A stretch of 64,000 bases of DNA from Naegleria gruberi (taxonomy: Eukaryota), in NCBI GenBank assembly GCA_000004985.1, contig GG738915.1. One strand, written 5' to 3'. The notes below the pieces were generated by a model, which saw nothing but the letters and a program-made list of their open reading frames with translations, searched no databases and was not told the DNA's origin. Below are positions 26,440 through 36,204 of this stretch, in pieces (position 1 is the first letter of the stretch; the number at the start of each line of letters is the position of its first letter). A program made the translations under genes and the position numbers.

Positions 26440-27249
26440 TTAATAAATGTACATTCTGTTGGTGGTTATGAAAACGGCATTGTAATAGTCCAATAATTCA
26501 GATCCGAAAATTCCCTCAACACCCTTAAAACAAGTCACCATGTAGGAGAGCTCACTAGGTAAGATGCCAAATTTCATTGTAAGATTGGCTGTTCCTTGGA
26601 ATAATTCACTCGAGTTTGAATCGCTATTTACAGTTACTGGAAGAGAGTAGAAATGTCCAACAAATTTACCAATTGATGGATGGAAATCGTCTTCCTCACC
26701 CAAATATCTCACTCCATTCACAGTGGAGCCATCAGTTGGAATTGAATCAAACCACTTCTCTGATCCATATGATAATTTAGCTCCAGTATCAAAGTACATT
26801 TTCACCTTTTTGAATGGAGTTGTTACTTGCATGATTGGCAGTGTCATTATTCTCTCCAGTGGAAAGCTAACCATTTCACAATCTATCGAATTAGCAGTGT
26901 TATGATTTTCCAACAACTCTGGTTCTGTTACTTGAGAACTGTAAAATGTCATTTTGGTTTTTCTAATCTCATAGCTGAAATTGCACAGGACATCATTACC
27001 AATAAGATAATCAAGTCCATGACCAATAAGCTCTCCAATTTTATGTGTTGATGCACCAAAAACAGGACTCTGCGAACTGAGGAAGGTGCACCCACCAAGC
27101 TCTAGATTCTTATGAGACGAAGAAAGAGTAACAGGAGAACCTGTATCAATCAATGCATACAAGACTGGGTCGTCTTGATGTTGTGGTATTTCAATAATGA
27201 CATGTCCATCTACAAAGAGCACTTTATAGCTTGTAATTGATCTGATCAT
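26440..27249 (-). CDS. Small aspartic-peptidase-like protein with two D-T-G motifs
   Basis: 269-aa ORF with ALIDTGSPVTLSS near the N-terminus and YFDTGAKLSYGS in the second half. There is no obvious signal peptide. It is shorter than typical pepsins and is not a single-DTG retropepsin. Confidence 0.45.
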   Translation of the reverse strand: MIRSITSYKVLFVDGHVIIEIPQHQDDPVLYALIDTGSPVTLSSSHKNLELGGCTFLSSQSPVFGASTHKIGELIGHGLDYLIGNDVLCNFSYEIRKTKMTFYSSQVTEPELLENHNTANSIDCEMVSFPLERIMTLPIMQVTTPFKKVKMYFDTGAKLSYGSEKWFDSIPTDGSTVNGVRYLGEEDDFHPSIGKFVGHFYSLPVTVNSDSNSSELFQGTANLTMKFGILPSELSYMVTCFKGVEGIFGSELLDYYNAVFITTNRMYIY

Positions 27250-27720
27250 TTTTTTTGCTTGTTATTGTCTGTTTTCATTCCAATGAATTGTTCTATTTTT
27301 AATGGAAAACTGATAACGTGCTGGAAAATGGTTCCGAGGTGTTGGCACGTCATTTCTATTAATGTAAGGTTCACTGCTGAAGATGGAACTAGCGTTTTTA
27401 AATTTGTTAAATCTTTACAAAATATTAAATAGTGTTGACAAATGCATACCCAAAGTGAACACCAGTATTGTTACATTTCATTCAAAAGGGTCATTGTGTT
27501 AACGTTGGTGGCGCTGATTCTCCAACACAACGACAAGAGATTCATAAATAGAAGTGTGAAACTGCAATAATGTATTACTCGATAGATTTATATGTACAAT
27601 TGTTACAAAGTAAAATAGTTTCCAGTTTAATACTTCTCCACACTAATTTACTCCAATAAAGTTCCATCATATCATTACTTTTGTTTTCCTTAGTGAAGCA
27701 CAAAAAGAATGATAGTCCAG

Positions 27721-29490
27721 TTAATGGGTTTGGTTCTTCTGTTTGGCAACATCAGCCATATATCTGGCAATTTGTTCACAAATTTCTTGGTCTGGGGTAT
27801 TGAGATACTTGAACACAAATGCGTGACTTAATAAATCTCTACATGAGTATCTATCTTCAGGCGATACTTTGAGGCAATTCTTGATAAAGTCTTCAAATAC
27901 TTCTGAATATCCCTTTCCTTCGAGTGGGTTCTTCGTTTCTACATTGTTAATTTCGTCCATTACATCGAAATAGGAACCAGATTTGAATGGGAATTCGCCC
28001 AATGCTAACTCCACCAATGTCACACCCAGAGACCAAATATCACTATTGTAGGAGTGAGGTTTTTCATTAATTCTCTCAGGTGACATGTACATGATTGTTC
28101 CTTGACATGTATTCCATACGTGTTGATTTCTTAGTCCGTATTTTCCTCCTTCGGTTACTTGGTTATTCTTTTTAAAAATACCTGTCAAACCCATATCACT
28201 AATTTTCACTTCACCATTCAGCTTGATGAGGATATTTGCTGGTTTCTATTTCAATATAAATTAAATAACAATTTCAATAAAATTATTACATACCAAATCT
28301 CTATGTACAATCTTTTTTCTAAAATGTAAGAAATACAAGCCTTTCAGCACTTGGAATGTAATCATTTCCAAAATTCTTTCTGGAATTTTAATTCCAGCAA
28401 GGGACTCTAAGGAGTTTCCATCCATATACTCTAATAAAATATTAATCTTATTATCTGCAAAGTTGGCATTGTAGAGCCTCAAAATGTTCGAACATTCAAC
28501 ACAATTATATAAAGTTGTAATTTCAGATAAAATTAATTTAGGTTGAATATCCTTTGCTAATTTGACAATCTTTTTGGCATATAATTTTCCAGTGTTATCT
28601 TTGACCAATTCAACTGTGGAACTTGCACCTTCTCCGAGTTTCTTAATAGTTTCCAAATCAGAAAATGACACAGAAGTAATCTTCTTTTGGCCATGTTTCT
28701 TCCTTTCAAAATGTAACAGATTGGCACCATTGGTTTGGTTCATGAAACGACTGGATTTTGTTGGTGAGGTGATAGATTCCAAATGATGTGTAGCTTTAAA
28801 TGGTGATTGGGATTGTGTTTGGGTACAAATTGTTGATGGCATATTTGTGATACCCTCCTCTGTAATTTTAACATCATCAATCCAAAAAGCACCAGAGGCA
28901 GTTATTTCATAATCTACTTGGGAGTAAGTGCCTTCATCATTTTTAGGTGGTGGTTTCAGTGGTTCTTCTGCTTTCGTCTCAACAACTTCTGCCTTGGTAG
29001 CGTTCAATAGTAAATTTGTTGGTTTGAATTTCTTTTGTTTCTTCTTCTTTTCAATTTTACCTTTTGGTTTATCCACGTTGTTTTGAATTTCTTCTGCCTT
29101 TGCTTCAATAATTTGTTTCTTGCCCATGCTCTCTCTCATGTGAGAGGAAAAGGATGGTGTGGAATTGTTATTGGCATTACTACTATTAACATCCACCGAG
29201 TGATTGGAATTATTAGCATTCAAGTCATCACTAGCAATCATTGCTGAGAAGAAAGTACTGGATGATCCCGATGAAGTTGGGGTAGGTGTTGAAACAAGCA
29301 TCGGATCATTGAATAAATCTAATTCTCCACCATCATTAACTGTTGTTGATGTTGCAGGTGTTTTCATATCAGTGAAGGATGCAAACAAATCCTTGGCAAA
29401 TTTGTCATCAAAAAACGTGTTGGATTTGTTGAGAGGTTGTTTCTGATTCTTGTCAGGACTATTGAAAAATTGGTTTATCATTTTGATCAA
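27721..29490 (-). CDS. MAP kinase kinase (MEK/STE7-like) with a long S/T/N-rich N-terminal extension; 2 exons: 29490-28294 and 28245-27721
   Basis: Exon 1 ends in ...KKIVHRDL directly at a GTATGT donor. A 48-nt intron (28246-28293) ends at a TTGAAATAG acceptor. Exon 2 continues KPANILIKLNGEVKISDMGLTG...GTIMYMSPERINEKPHSYNSDIWSLGVTLVELALGEFPF, which is the MEK activation loop and subdomains VIII-IX. The glycine loop and VAIK region (KKLGEGASSTVELVKDNTGKLYAKKI) are in exon 1. The DFG motif reads DMG. Confidence 0.85.
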
Positions 29491-29883
29491 TGTGTTATTA
29501 CAAGAAATTCTTTCAAATATTATAATTATTACTATTGCACTATGAATATGTTCTTTTGTTACAGATTTAGAAGAACATGTGTTGCCGAGCTATTTTTATA
29601 TAAATGTAAAAAATTGAAAGCCTCCTCGATTTTCAATATTTTTTTCTTTAGACATATACAAGTTCCAAACGCCACTCGAACAGGATGTTCAAAGCTTTTT
29701 CTTCAGAAACACATGATCATTGATAATAGTTAGATTTGGAATAGATATTTTGATCTAAGAAGCAGTGTACACCAATAAATATGAAAATAATGAGCTTTAT
29801 TCTACTACACATGTACGTAATAGATGAATTTCAACAATTTTGACTTTATACCCATTACACTCTGTTATTTAGTTGTGACAACT

Positions 29884-31737
29884 TTATTTTATTTTGAGTT
29901 TCTCTTCCAACTCCTTGACTCTTTTCTTTAATTCCACAATTTCGTGTTTGAGTTGTTCATTCTCTTCAATAATTTGAGGAATATCCTTTAACTCACTTAT
30001 ATCCTTGTAATTATCCATTTCCTTAAGAATTTGATGAATTGGAATACTGTCACCTTTCAAAAAACCAATTACTTTGGATAGAATAGTCATGTGTGTGAAA
30101 CAGTTCAATCTTTTGGATGCATCTTTTTGAATCATGGTAATTAAACATTTCACTAAAACAACATTCACTCCCAACTCAGGATCAACATGTTGATCAATTT
30201 CTTTTTGAATTGCATGATGCAACTTCTTTTCCCTCAATAAATCTGTCAATACCAAATAGAAATAACTTCCATTATCTTTGAAATATTGATACTCTCCACC
30301 ATATTTTTGAAAATTAGAATCTTCCAAGAATTCTCTGTCCAACCTCAAACTGCAATCTGTCAAAAGTTTCAATAACATACATCCCAGTGAGAATACATCA
30401 CATGAAGTGGTAATATTTCCAATATTGTGAGCAAGTTTTTCACCATCCAGTAACATTTCTTCGTAATTATCATGTGAAACTTCAGGTGACATGTATGCAA
30501 ATTTTCCAACTGTTAACGTGATTGAGTTACCAGTCTTGATCACTTTGGCAATATCGAAGTCAATAATTTTGTAATATTCTTTCATTTTCACAACATTTTT
30601 AGGATCCAAATCTCTGTGTGAAATGTTATGGTCATGAATTGATTTCACTGCTTGTAAAACTTTAGTAAATATAGTCAACCTTTCAATCAGAATTCCTTTT
30701 GAAATGGATGCTTGTTTTTGATGTACTGTCCTTTTTCTATCGATATAGTCTGCAAGTGTTTCTTCTCCCAACTCCATAATCGAATACATGTAATTGTCAA
30801 TTAAATTACATTCATAACACTTAATTTTTCCTTCAATGTCATTTCTTCTGATAAATTGAATTCGTTCGCGAGATGACACTTCATCATATTCCTTCTCAAA
30901 CTTGATTTTAATGGCAATCATTTCATTAATCTTCTTACTAAATGCTTTTAATGCAACTCCTTCTCCTCCATGACCTAATACTGATATCATATCATATTCC
31001 TTGTTGGAGTAGTAATCGAATTGAGTAATTACTCTAATAATTTTTGAGAAATCTCCTCCAAGTTGTTTGTACTTTGTTAATACTTGTTTGTGATCTTCAA
31101 ATGTTTTGGCATTGCTTGTCCATTCATTGAAAAAGCAAAGTATTGTTCCAATCTCTTTAGTGAAATAATTTAATGTTTCAAACTTGGATGAAATATCCTG
31201 AATTATTGTTCTAATCTTGGAATAATTGGTTTGTTTCATTAAGGTTGATTGATTTTCCTCTAAAAATCTATCCAGTTTAAAACAAAACAAATAGTAATCA
31301 ATTGTCTTGATCGCACTACTTGAATGATTAACAGTTGGCTCTATAGAACACAGATTTTTCAGAATTTGTAAAATAATCATCTTTTCCATAAATTGGATTG
31401 AGTACGATCTTTGATTTAGGTTGAATATTGAAGTAATAGATTTGGGAAATGTATCTCGTAATTGTAAACAATAGTACAAATAGGATTCATCACCAAAATT
31501 ATTAGAGTACATTCCTATTAAATCTCTTGATAATTTGGTCAAGGTTGAATCGTTCTTAGATCTTTCAAATACAGCAAACCATTTTGAATTACTATTTTTT
31601 GCCTTTTCTTCATCAACTTGTGAGAGTGAGTACTGAAATGACAAATCGGACAATAAACTATCATCTGCAAACTCAATGGTAGACCGTGGGAGGTGAGAAG
31701 GATTGACAAATATTTTTATAAAAAATTTAGAAGTCAC
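29884..31737 (-). CDS. Atypical protein kinase with a novel N-terminal domain and C-terminal coiled coil
   Basis: 617-aa ORF. The kinase core has LGHGGEGVALKAF, AIKIK, HRDLDPKNVV (Asp instead of Lys in HRDLKPxN), DFDIAKV (DFD instead of DFG) and YMSPEV. The C-terminal coiled coil is EENEQLKHEIVELKKRVKELEEKLKIK. Confidence 0.65.
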   Translation of the reverse strand: MTSKFFIKIFVNPSHLPRSTIEFADDSLLSDLSFQYSLSQVDEEKAKNSNSKWFAVFERSKNDSTLTKLSRDLIGMYSNNFGDESYLYYCLQLRDTFPKSITSIFNLNQRSYSIQFMEKMIILQILKNLCSIEPTVNHSSSAIKTIDYYLFCFKLDRFLEENQSTLMKQTNYSKIRTIIQDISSKFETLNYFTKEIGTILCFFNEWTSNAKTFEDHKQVLTKYKQLGGDFSKIIRVITQFDYYSNKEYDMISVLGHGGEGVALKAFSKKINEMIAIKIKFEKEYDEVSSRERIQFIRRNDIEGKIKCYECNLIDNYMYSIMELGEETLADYIDRKRTVHQKQASISKGILIERLTIFTKVLQAVKSIHDHNISHRDLDPKNVVKMKEYYKIIDFDIAKVIKTGNSITLTVGKFAYMSPEVSHDNYEEMLLDGEKLAHNIGNITTSCDVFSLGCMLLKLLTDCSLRLDREFLEDSNFQKYGGEYQYFKDNGSYFYLVLTDLLREKKLHHAIQKEIDQHVDPELGVNVVLVKCLITMIQKDASKRLNCFTHMTILSKVIGFLKGDSIPIHQILKEMDNYKDISELKDIPQIIEENEQLKHEIVELKKRVKELEEKLKIK

Positions 31738-32191
31738 TCAAAAAACAAAAATTTGTTAAAGTCGAGCCGAAGGTTTATTGGACCAAGAGTGAGACAGTGT
31801 GTTCAAAGTATCAATTACCACTTGTTCTTCTAGAAACAAGTACTTCTGGGTTCTTGTACATGAACCTTCGCTTTAATGTACCAACAATTTCAAGTAAATG
31901 GGCAGGCACTTATCTAGATGATGTTTTGGTGAGGTGAATGTAGTAATGGCTGGTGAGGAAGGAAGCAAAGGGAGAACTCTCCTCATGGTGGCTTCTCAAG
32001 GTAGCATGCTGAAGGTGGGAATACCAACCAATATACCTATTTAGCAGGGTGATGATGAAATCATGATGAGTAATTGTTGTTTGTTGTTTTTTTTTGTTGA
32101 ATATTTAACGGTAAGAACAGACAACTTGCAGCGGTTATTGGTTGGCGCGAAATTACCGTGATGTAACATTTTTTAGCTCACCTCCCTCGGT

Positions 32192-32789
32192 CTACTCAAT
32201 GGCTAATCCATTCTGCAAAACAGCTTGCAACACAATTTCTCTATCTCTTCTCAAAGACTCATCTGCATATTTGAGAGCTAGACCATCCTGTTTAACAGCT
32301 TCCAAAACAAATTCTCTATCCGTTCTTGACTTGATACCAGATTCCAATAAAAATCCTCCATCTTTCTGTAATGATTCATCTGCATATCCAATTGCCACTC
32401 TATTCTGTTTAATAGCTTGCAACACAATTTCTCTATCTCGTTTCAATGATCTATCTGCAAAAACAAGTACGCTCTCATTATGTTTAACAACTTGTAATAT
32501 AAACTCTCTGTCTCGTTTAAATGATTCATCGGTAAGTTCAATGGCACTCCCAATTTGTTTAACTGCTTCCAGTACTATTTCTCTGTCTTGTTTCAATGAT
32601 TCATCTACGAATTTCAAGTGCCAGACCATTTTCCTTGACGGCTATCAATACTATTTCTCTGTCTTTCTTAAATTCATCGGGTATCGAACGTGGAAATTTT
32701 CTGATTTTTTTGATAACAGCCTCTCTCTCACTCTTTTTTGCTGAAAGCATGGTTGGAATAATTTTGTTATTTCGTAATTGGTTATTCAA
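32192..32789 (-). CDS. DUF4116 tandem-repeat protein (25-aa / 75-nt repeats), apparently frameshifted (possible pseudogene or sequencing error)
   Basis: Two minus-strand ORFs (32601..32789 and 32192..32629) carry repeats of the form DESLKxDREIVLxAVKQNGxALxYA. They are offset by one nucleotide around 32605-32630. The plus-strand 200-aa ORF 32142..32744 is an antisense artefact of the repeats. Confidence 0.5.
32200..32620. repeat. Tandem 75-nt coding repeats (DUF4116 units), at least 5 copies
   Basis: The motif gacagagaaatagt(a/g)ttg recurs at about 75-nt spacing on the minus strand (visible as the periodic ctctgtc on the plus strand). The mirrored ORFs on both strands are a consequence of the repeats. 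Confidence 0.7.
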
Positions 32790-32905
32790 AAATCCACACC
32801 TAGATAAAGTTGTGAATTTTTTTCTTAAAGTAGAAAGCTGGTGAGCCCATAAAACCTTTTCTTGATGAAGAAAATCTTGATGTGATACAATAATTTTTAT
32901 TGTAC

Positions 32906-33204
32906 TTATGGCAACATCCAGCTAGCCATGGCTTCTTTGAATTCATCCCATTGAAGTTGACCATCACTGTTGGCGTCGATTTCCTTCATGACTTCCTTAA
33001 CTTGGGACTCGTTTCCTTCTTCTCCTAAAGCTTGAAGAATAGTTTTTAATTCAACAATATCGATCATCTTGTCATTATCAGTATCACATTGTCTGAAAGC
33101 TGCACAGTGTTTAGAAATTAAAATTGATAAAACTAAAAAATTGATCACATACCCAGAGTGATTTGATCTTGTTGTTTGGAAGAGAGCTGTTCCCAATAAA
33201 CCAT
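32906..33204 (-). CDS. Small two-EF-hand calcium-binding protein (~82 aa), 2 exons: 33204-33153 and 33099-32906
   Basis: The ATG is at 33204 and exon 1 is 52 nt. A GTATGT donor begins a 53-nt intron (33100-33152) that ends at a TGTGCAG acceptor. Exon 2 encodes two canonical 12-residue EF-hand loops, DTDNDKMIDIVE and DANSDGQLQWDE. The listed ORF 32906..33196 reads through the intron. Confidence 0.7.
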
Positions 33205-33280
33205 TTTTTTAAAATTATGTCGTCAATGTGTTGACATGTTCTGGAAATGATCTCATACAGTGTGGTAATTAAAAAGAAAT

Positions 33281-33353
33281 CGCCCCACGTGGGGCTCGAA
33301 CCCACGACCGTTGGATTAAAAGTCCAACGCTCTACCGACTGAGCTAGCGGGGC
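33281..33353 (-). tRNA. tRNA-Lys (anticodon UUU)
   Basis: The reverse complement GCCCCGCTAGCTCAGTCGGTAGAGCGTTGGACTTTTAATCCAACGGTCGTGGGTTCGAGCCCCACGTGGGGCG folds as a cloverleaf. It has a 7-bp acceptor stem (with one G-U pair), a GTTCGAG T-loop, and the anticodon loop CTTTTAA. Confidence 0.85.
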
Positions 33354-33618
33354 TGCTCGAGATCAATTTAAGCTAACTCAATATTTACAGGAATAGCCCT
33401 CTAACCTTGTCCTTTTATTATATATTTACTTTTTATTTAAAAAAATTAATTGCAAACATAATTTTATGTAGTGACTAAGGTGGTACTTTTAAAACTTAAG
33501 ATAAGTAAAAAAAACCGCTAAAAATATTTCCCTCCAAAATTTTTGTAATTCTTTCCCGCTTTTATTAAAATCGTTACATTCATTTGAAAAAATTTCACCA
33601 TCATCAGCGCCAAAAAAA

Positions 33619-36081
33619 ATGTATTCAACACGGTCTGCTACACCACAAACATCCTATCGCTTGCCTGGCTCGTCATCAACAACAACTTCATCAGGGACAA
33701 GCAATGCTGCTGCTCAAAAGCTTACAAGACCAGCTACTGCTTCTGGTGTTACAGCCACCAGAAGAACACCTACACCAACAGTTTCGCAAAACAAACTTCA
33801 ACCAACATCATCTACGCCCCGAATAATAATAGAGGAAAAGTATCATAAAAAGGTAGATAAAGACAGACAAGTGCTATATAGAAAGTATTATCAAGAAAGA
33901 TTTTTAGGTAAAGGTGGTTTTGCTCAGTGCTACTTGTTCAGACAAGTAGGTACAAATATTTTCCATGCTGCCAAGATTATTGACAAGAAAACTCTCGAGA
34001 AGGAAAATGTAAAGCAAAAACTCTTTTCTGAAATCAAAATCCACAGTTCTCTCTCCCATAGACATATTGTTAATTTTGTTAGATACTTTGAAGATATTAA
34101 TAATGTATACATTCTCTTAGAAGTCTGCAATTGTGGTTCAATGATGGATCTTTTAAAGAGCAGGACAAGATTAACAGAACAAGAAGCTAGGTTTTTCCTT
34201 CATCAAATTTTATTAGCTTGTCTGTATATGAACGAGAAGAAAGTTATCCATAGAGATTTGAAATTAGGTAATTTATTCCTTACAGATAAGATGGAGATCA
34301 AAATTGGAGACTTTGGACTTGCAACAGAAGTTGAATTCGATGGAGAACGAAAGAAGACAATCTGTGGTACTCCAAATTATATTGCACCTGAAATTCTTTA
34401 CAATAAGGGACACAGCTTTGAAGTTGATATTTGGTCTATTGGTGTAATATTGTACACCATGCTTGTTGGTACTCCTCCTTTTGAAACAAAGGATGTAAAG
34501 GAAACCTATAAGAAAATCAAACATAACGATTATAACTTCCCTCCAGATATTGAAATTAGTTCAAAAGCCAAGTCTCTTATTAGAAGTATTTTGAGACGTA
34601 ACCCAGACGATAGACCAGATATCAAGACAATCTTGAGTGATCCATTCTTTGCTGGACATTCAGTGGATGTTTGTCCAGTTACTCTTTTAGAATATGCCAG
34701 AACTCACGCTCTCAAGATTCCTGATGTTGAAGAAACAATGCCAGGATACAGTTTGAAACATCCTGAATTACAACAACAAATGCTCAAACTTAGACAAGAT
34801 CGTGGAGCACTTAGACAAATTGATAATAATACAATGCATCAAAGAGCTCAACCAACCGTGGAAACAGGACTTAAGAAACCACTCATGAGTGGTTTTCCAA
34901 CCTCAACAATGCGACCTCCACTTGCCACAGTGAATACCAATATTAATAATGAAAATTATAACCCTAATTCCCAACAAGTTGTAACCAAACAACCATTGTT
35001 TACTCCTTCTCATCCACCTCAACAACAAACTGAACAACCACAAAAACCTGTTCACCCAACTTTACAAACTCACTACACCTCAACAACTACAACCCAATCA
35101 GTTTCTACAACCAATTCCCCATCACACGTAACAGCTAGCTCTGTTACATCCTCCCCAAGTCTAGGCTCCCAACGTTCTGTACAAACAACTCAAACTACTT
35201 CACGTCTTCCAACCCCTAAGAGAAGATCTCCTAGTGAAGATGAAAGAAAATCTAAACCTCAAACACCAACTTCTGAATCATCTTTAGAAACTAGCAGATC
35301 AAAAGGACCACCAGTCAAGAAGGTTCGCAACACTGTTTCTTCTCCATATTCACCTTATGATGTATTAGATCCAATGACTGTTGACGAAGATGATACAACC
35401 AATGATAATGTTACTCATGATTTACCACCAATATGGATTACTCATTGGGCTGATTTTTCTGCAAAGTACGGTCTTACATATTTGATGAGCAATGGTTGTG
35501 TAGGTGCTGTTTATAATGATTCCTCAAAGATGACCTATATGCCTGCAACTGAACAAATTAATTACTACGAGAGAAAAGCTACTGGTGATAATATTTATGA
35601 AGAAAGGTCTACATTTACTGTATCTGATTTTCCTCCTCAAATGAATAAGAAGGTTACCCTTATCAAGTATTTTGCTGACGTTTTGAGCAAATTGAAGAGA
35701 AATGACCATAATTTGGTTTCTTCTCCTAATTCTGATACTGGCAGATGTAGTTATAGACCAAAGGATGATGTTTTCATTCAAAAGACTGGACTTGATGATG
35801 TATTTGTAAAGAGATGGTTGAGAACCTCACATGCAGTTATTTTCCGCCTCAGCAATAAGATAGTTCAAGTTTGTTTCCACGATCAAACTGAAATCATACT
35901 CACTGGAGATAGTAATCTTGTTTCATATACTGATCCTCAAGGTGTAAGAACTACCTATGCCTTGAATAAGGTTGTCAAGAGTCCAAGTCAAGAAATTGCC
36001 AAGAGACTCAAATACACTAAAGATGTCTTGTGCCAACTCATTAGTGGATCTGCTACCACTGATAAACACAGGAATCAATAA
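33619..36081 (+). CDS. Polo-like kinase (PLK1-type: N-terminal S/T/N-rich region, Ser/Thr kinase domain, C-terminal polo boxes)
   Basis: 820-aa ORF. The kinase domain has GKGGFAQCY, HAAKII, HRDLKLGNLFL, DFGLAT and GTPNYIAPE. A long Q/T/S-rich linker follows. The polo-box core motif WITHWADFSAKYGLTYLMSNGCVGAVYNDSSKM lies about 35400-35520, and a second polo box follows. Confidence 0.9.
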   Translation: MYSTRSATPQTSYRLPGSSSTTTSSGTSNAAAQKLTRPATASGVTATRRTPTPTVSQNKLQPTSSTPRIIIEEKYHKKVDKDRQVLYRKYYQERFLGKGGFAQCYLFRQVGTNIFHAAKIIDKKTLEKENVKQKLFSEIKIHSSLSHRHIVNFVRYFEDINNVYILLEVCNCGSMMDLLKSRTRLTEQEARFFLHQILLACLYMNEKKVIHRDLKLGNLFLTDKMEIKIGDFGLATEVEFDGERKKTICGTPNYIAPEILYNKGHSFEVDIWSIGVILYTMLVGTPPFETKDVKETYKKIKHNDYNFPPDIEISSKAKSLIRSILRRNPDDRPDIKTILSDPFFAGHSVDVCPVTLLEYARTHALKIPDVEETMPGYSLKHPELQQQMLKLRQDRGALRQIDNNTMHQRAQPTVETGLKKPLMSGFPTSTMRPPLATVNTNINNENYNPNSQQVVTKQPLFTPSHPPQQQTEQPQKPVHPTLQTHYTSTTTTQSVSTTNSPSHVTASSVTSSPSLGSQRSVQTTQTTSRLPTPKRRSPSEDERKSKPQTPTSESSLETSRSKGPPVKKVRNTVSSPYSPYDVLDPMTVDEDDTTNDNVTHDLPPIWITHWADFSAKYGLTYLMSNGCVGAVYNDSSKMTYMPATEQINYYERKATGDNIYEERSTFTVSDFPPQMNKKVTLIKYFADVLSKLKRNDHNLVSSPNSDTGRCSYRPKDDVFIQKTGLDDVFVKRWLRTSHAVIFRLSNKIVQVCFHDQTEIILTGDSNLVSYTDPQGVRTTYALNKVVKSPSQEIAKRLKYTKDVLCQLISGSATTDKHRNQ

Positions 36082-36204
36082 ATATATTTCGAAAAACAAT
36101 TGTATTAATAATATTTATAATAGTAACGAAATGATAAATGATAAACCAATTCTTTCCCGCCAATTTTGAAAAACTGTAGCAAGTTTTAAATAATAAAAAA
36201 TAGA

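Noticed and set aside
32142-32744. 200-aa plus-strand ORF overlapping the DUF4116 repeats
   Set aside because: It is the antisense reading of the 75-nt tandem repeats. The minus strand gives the recognisable DUF4116 consensus, whereas the plus strand gives a low-complexity S/L/C-rich product.
33584-33826. 80-aa ORF upstream of or overlapping the PLK start
   Set aside because: It is an alternate frame of the S/T/Q-rich PLK N-terminus, and its H/Q-rich low-complexity product is unconvincing.
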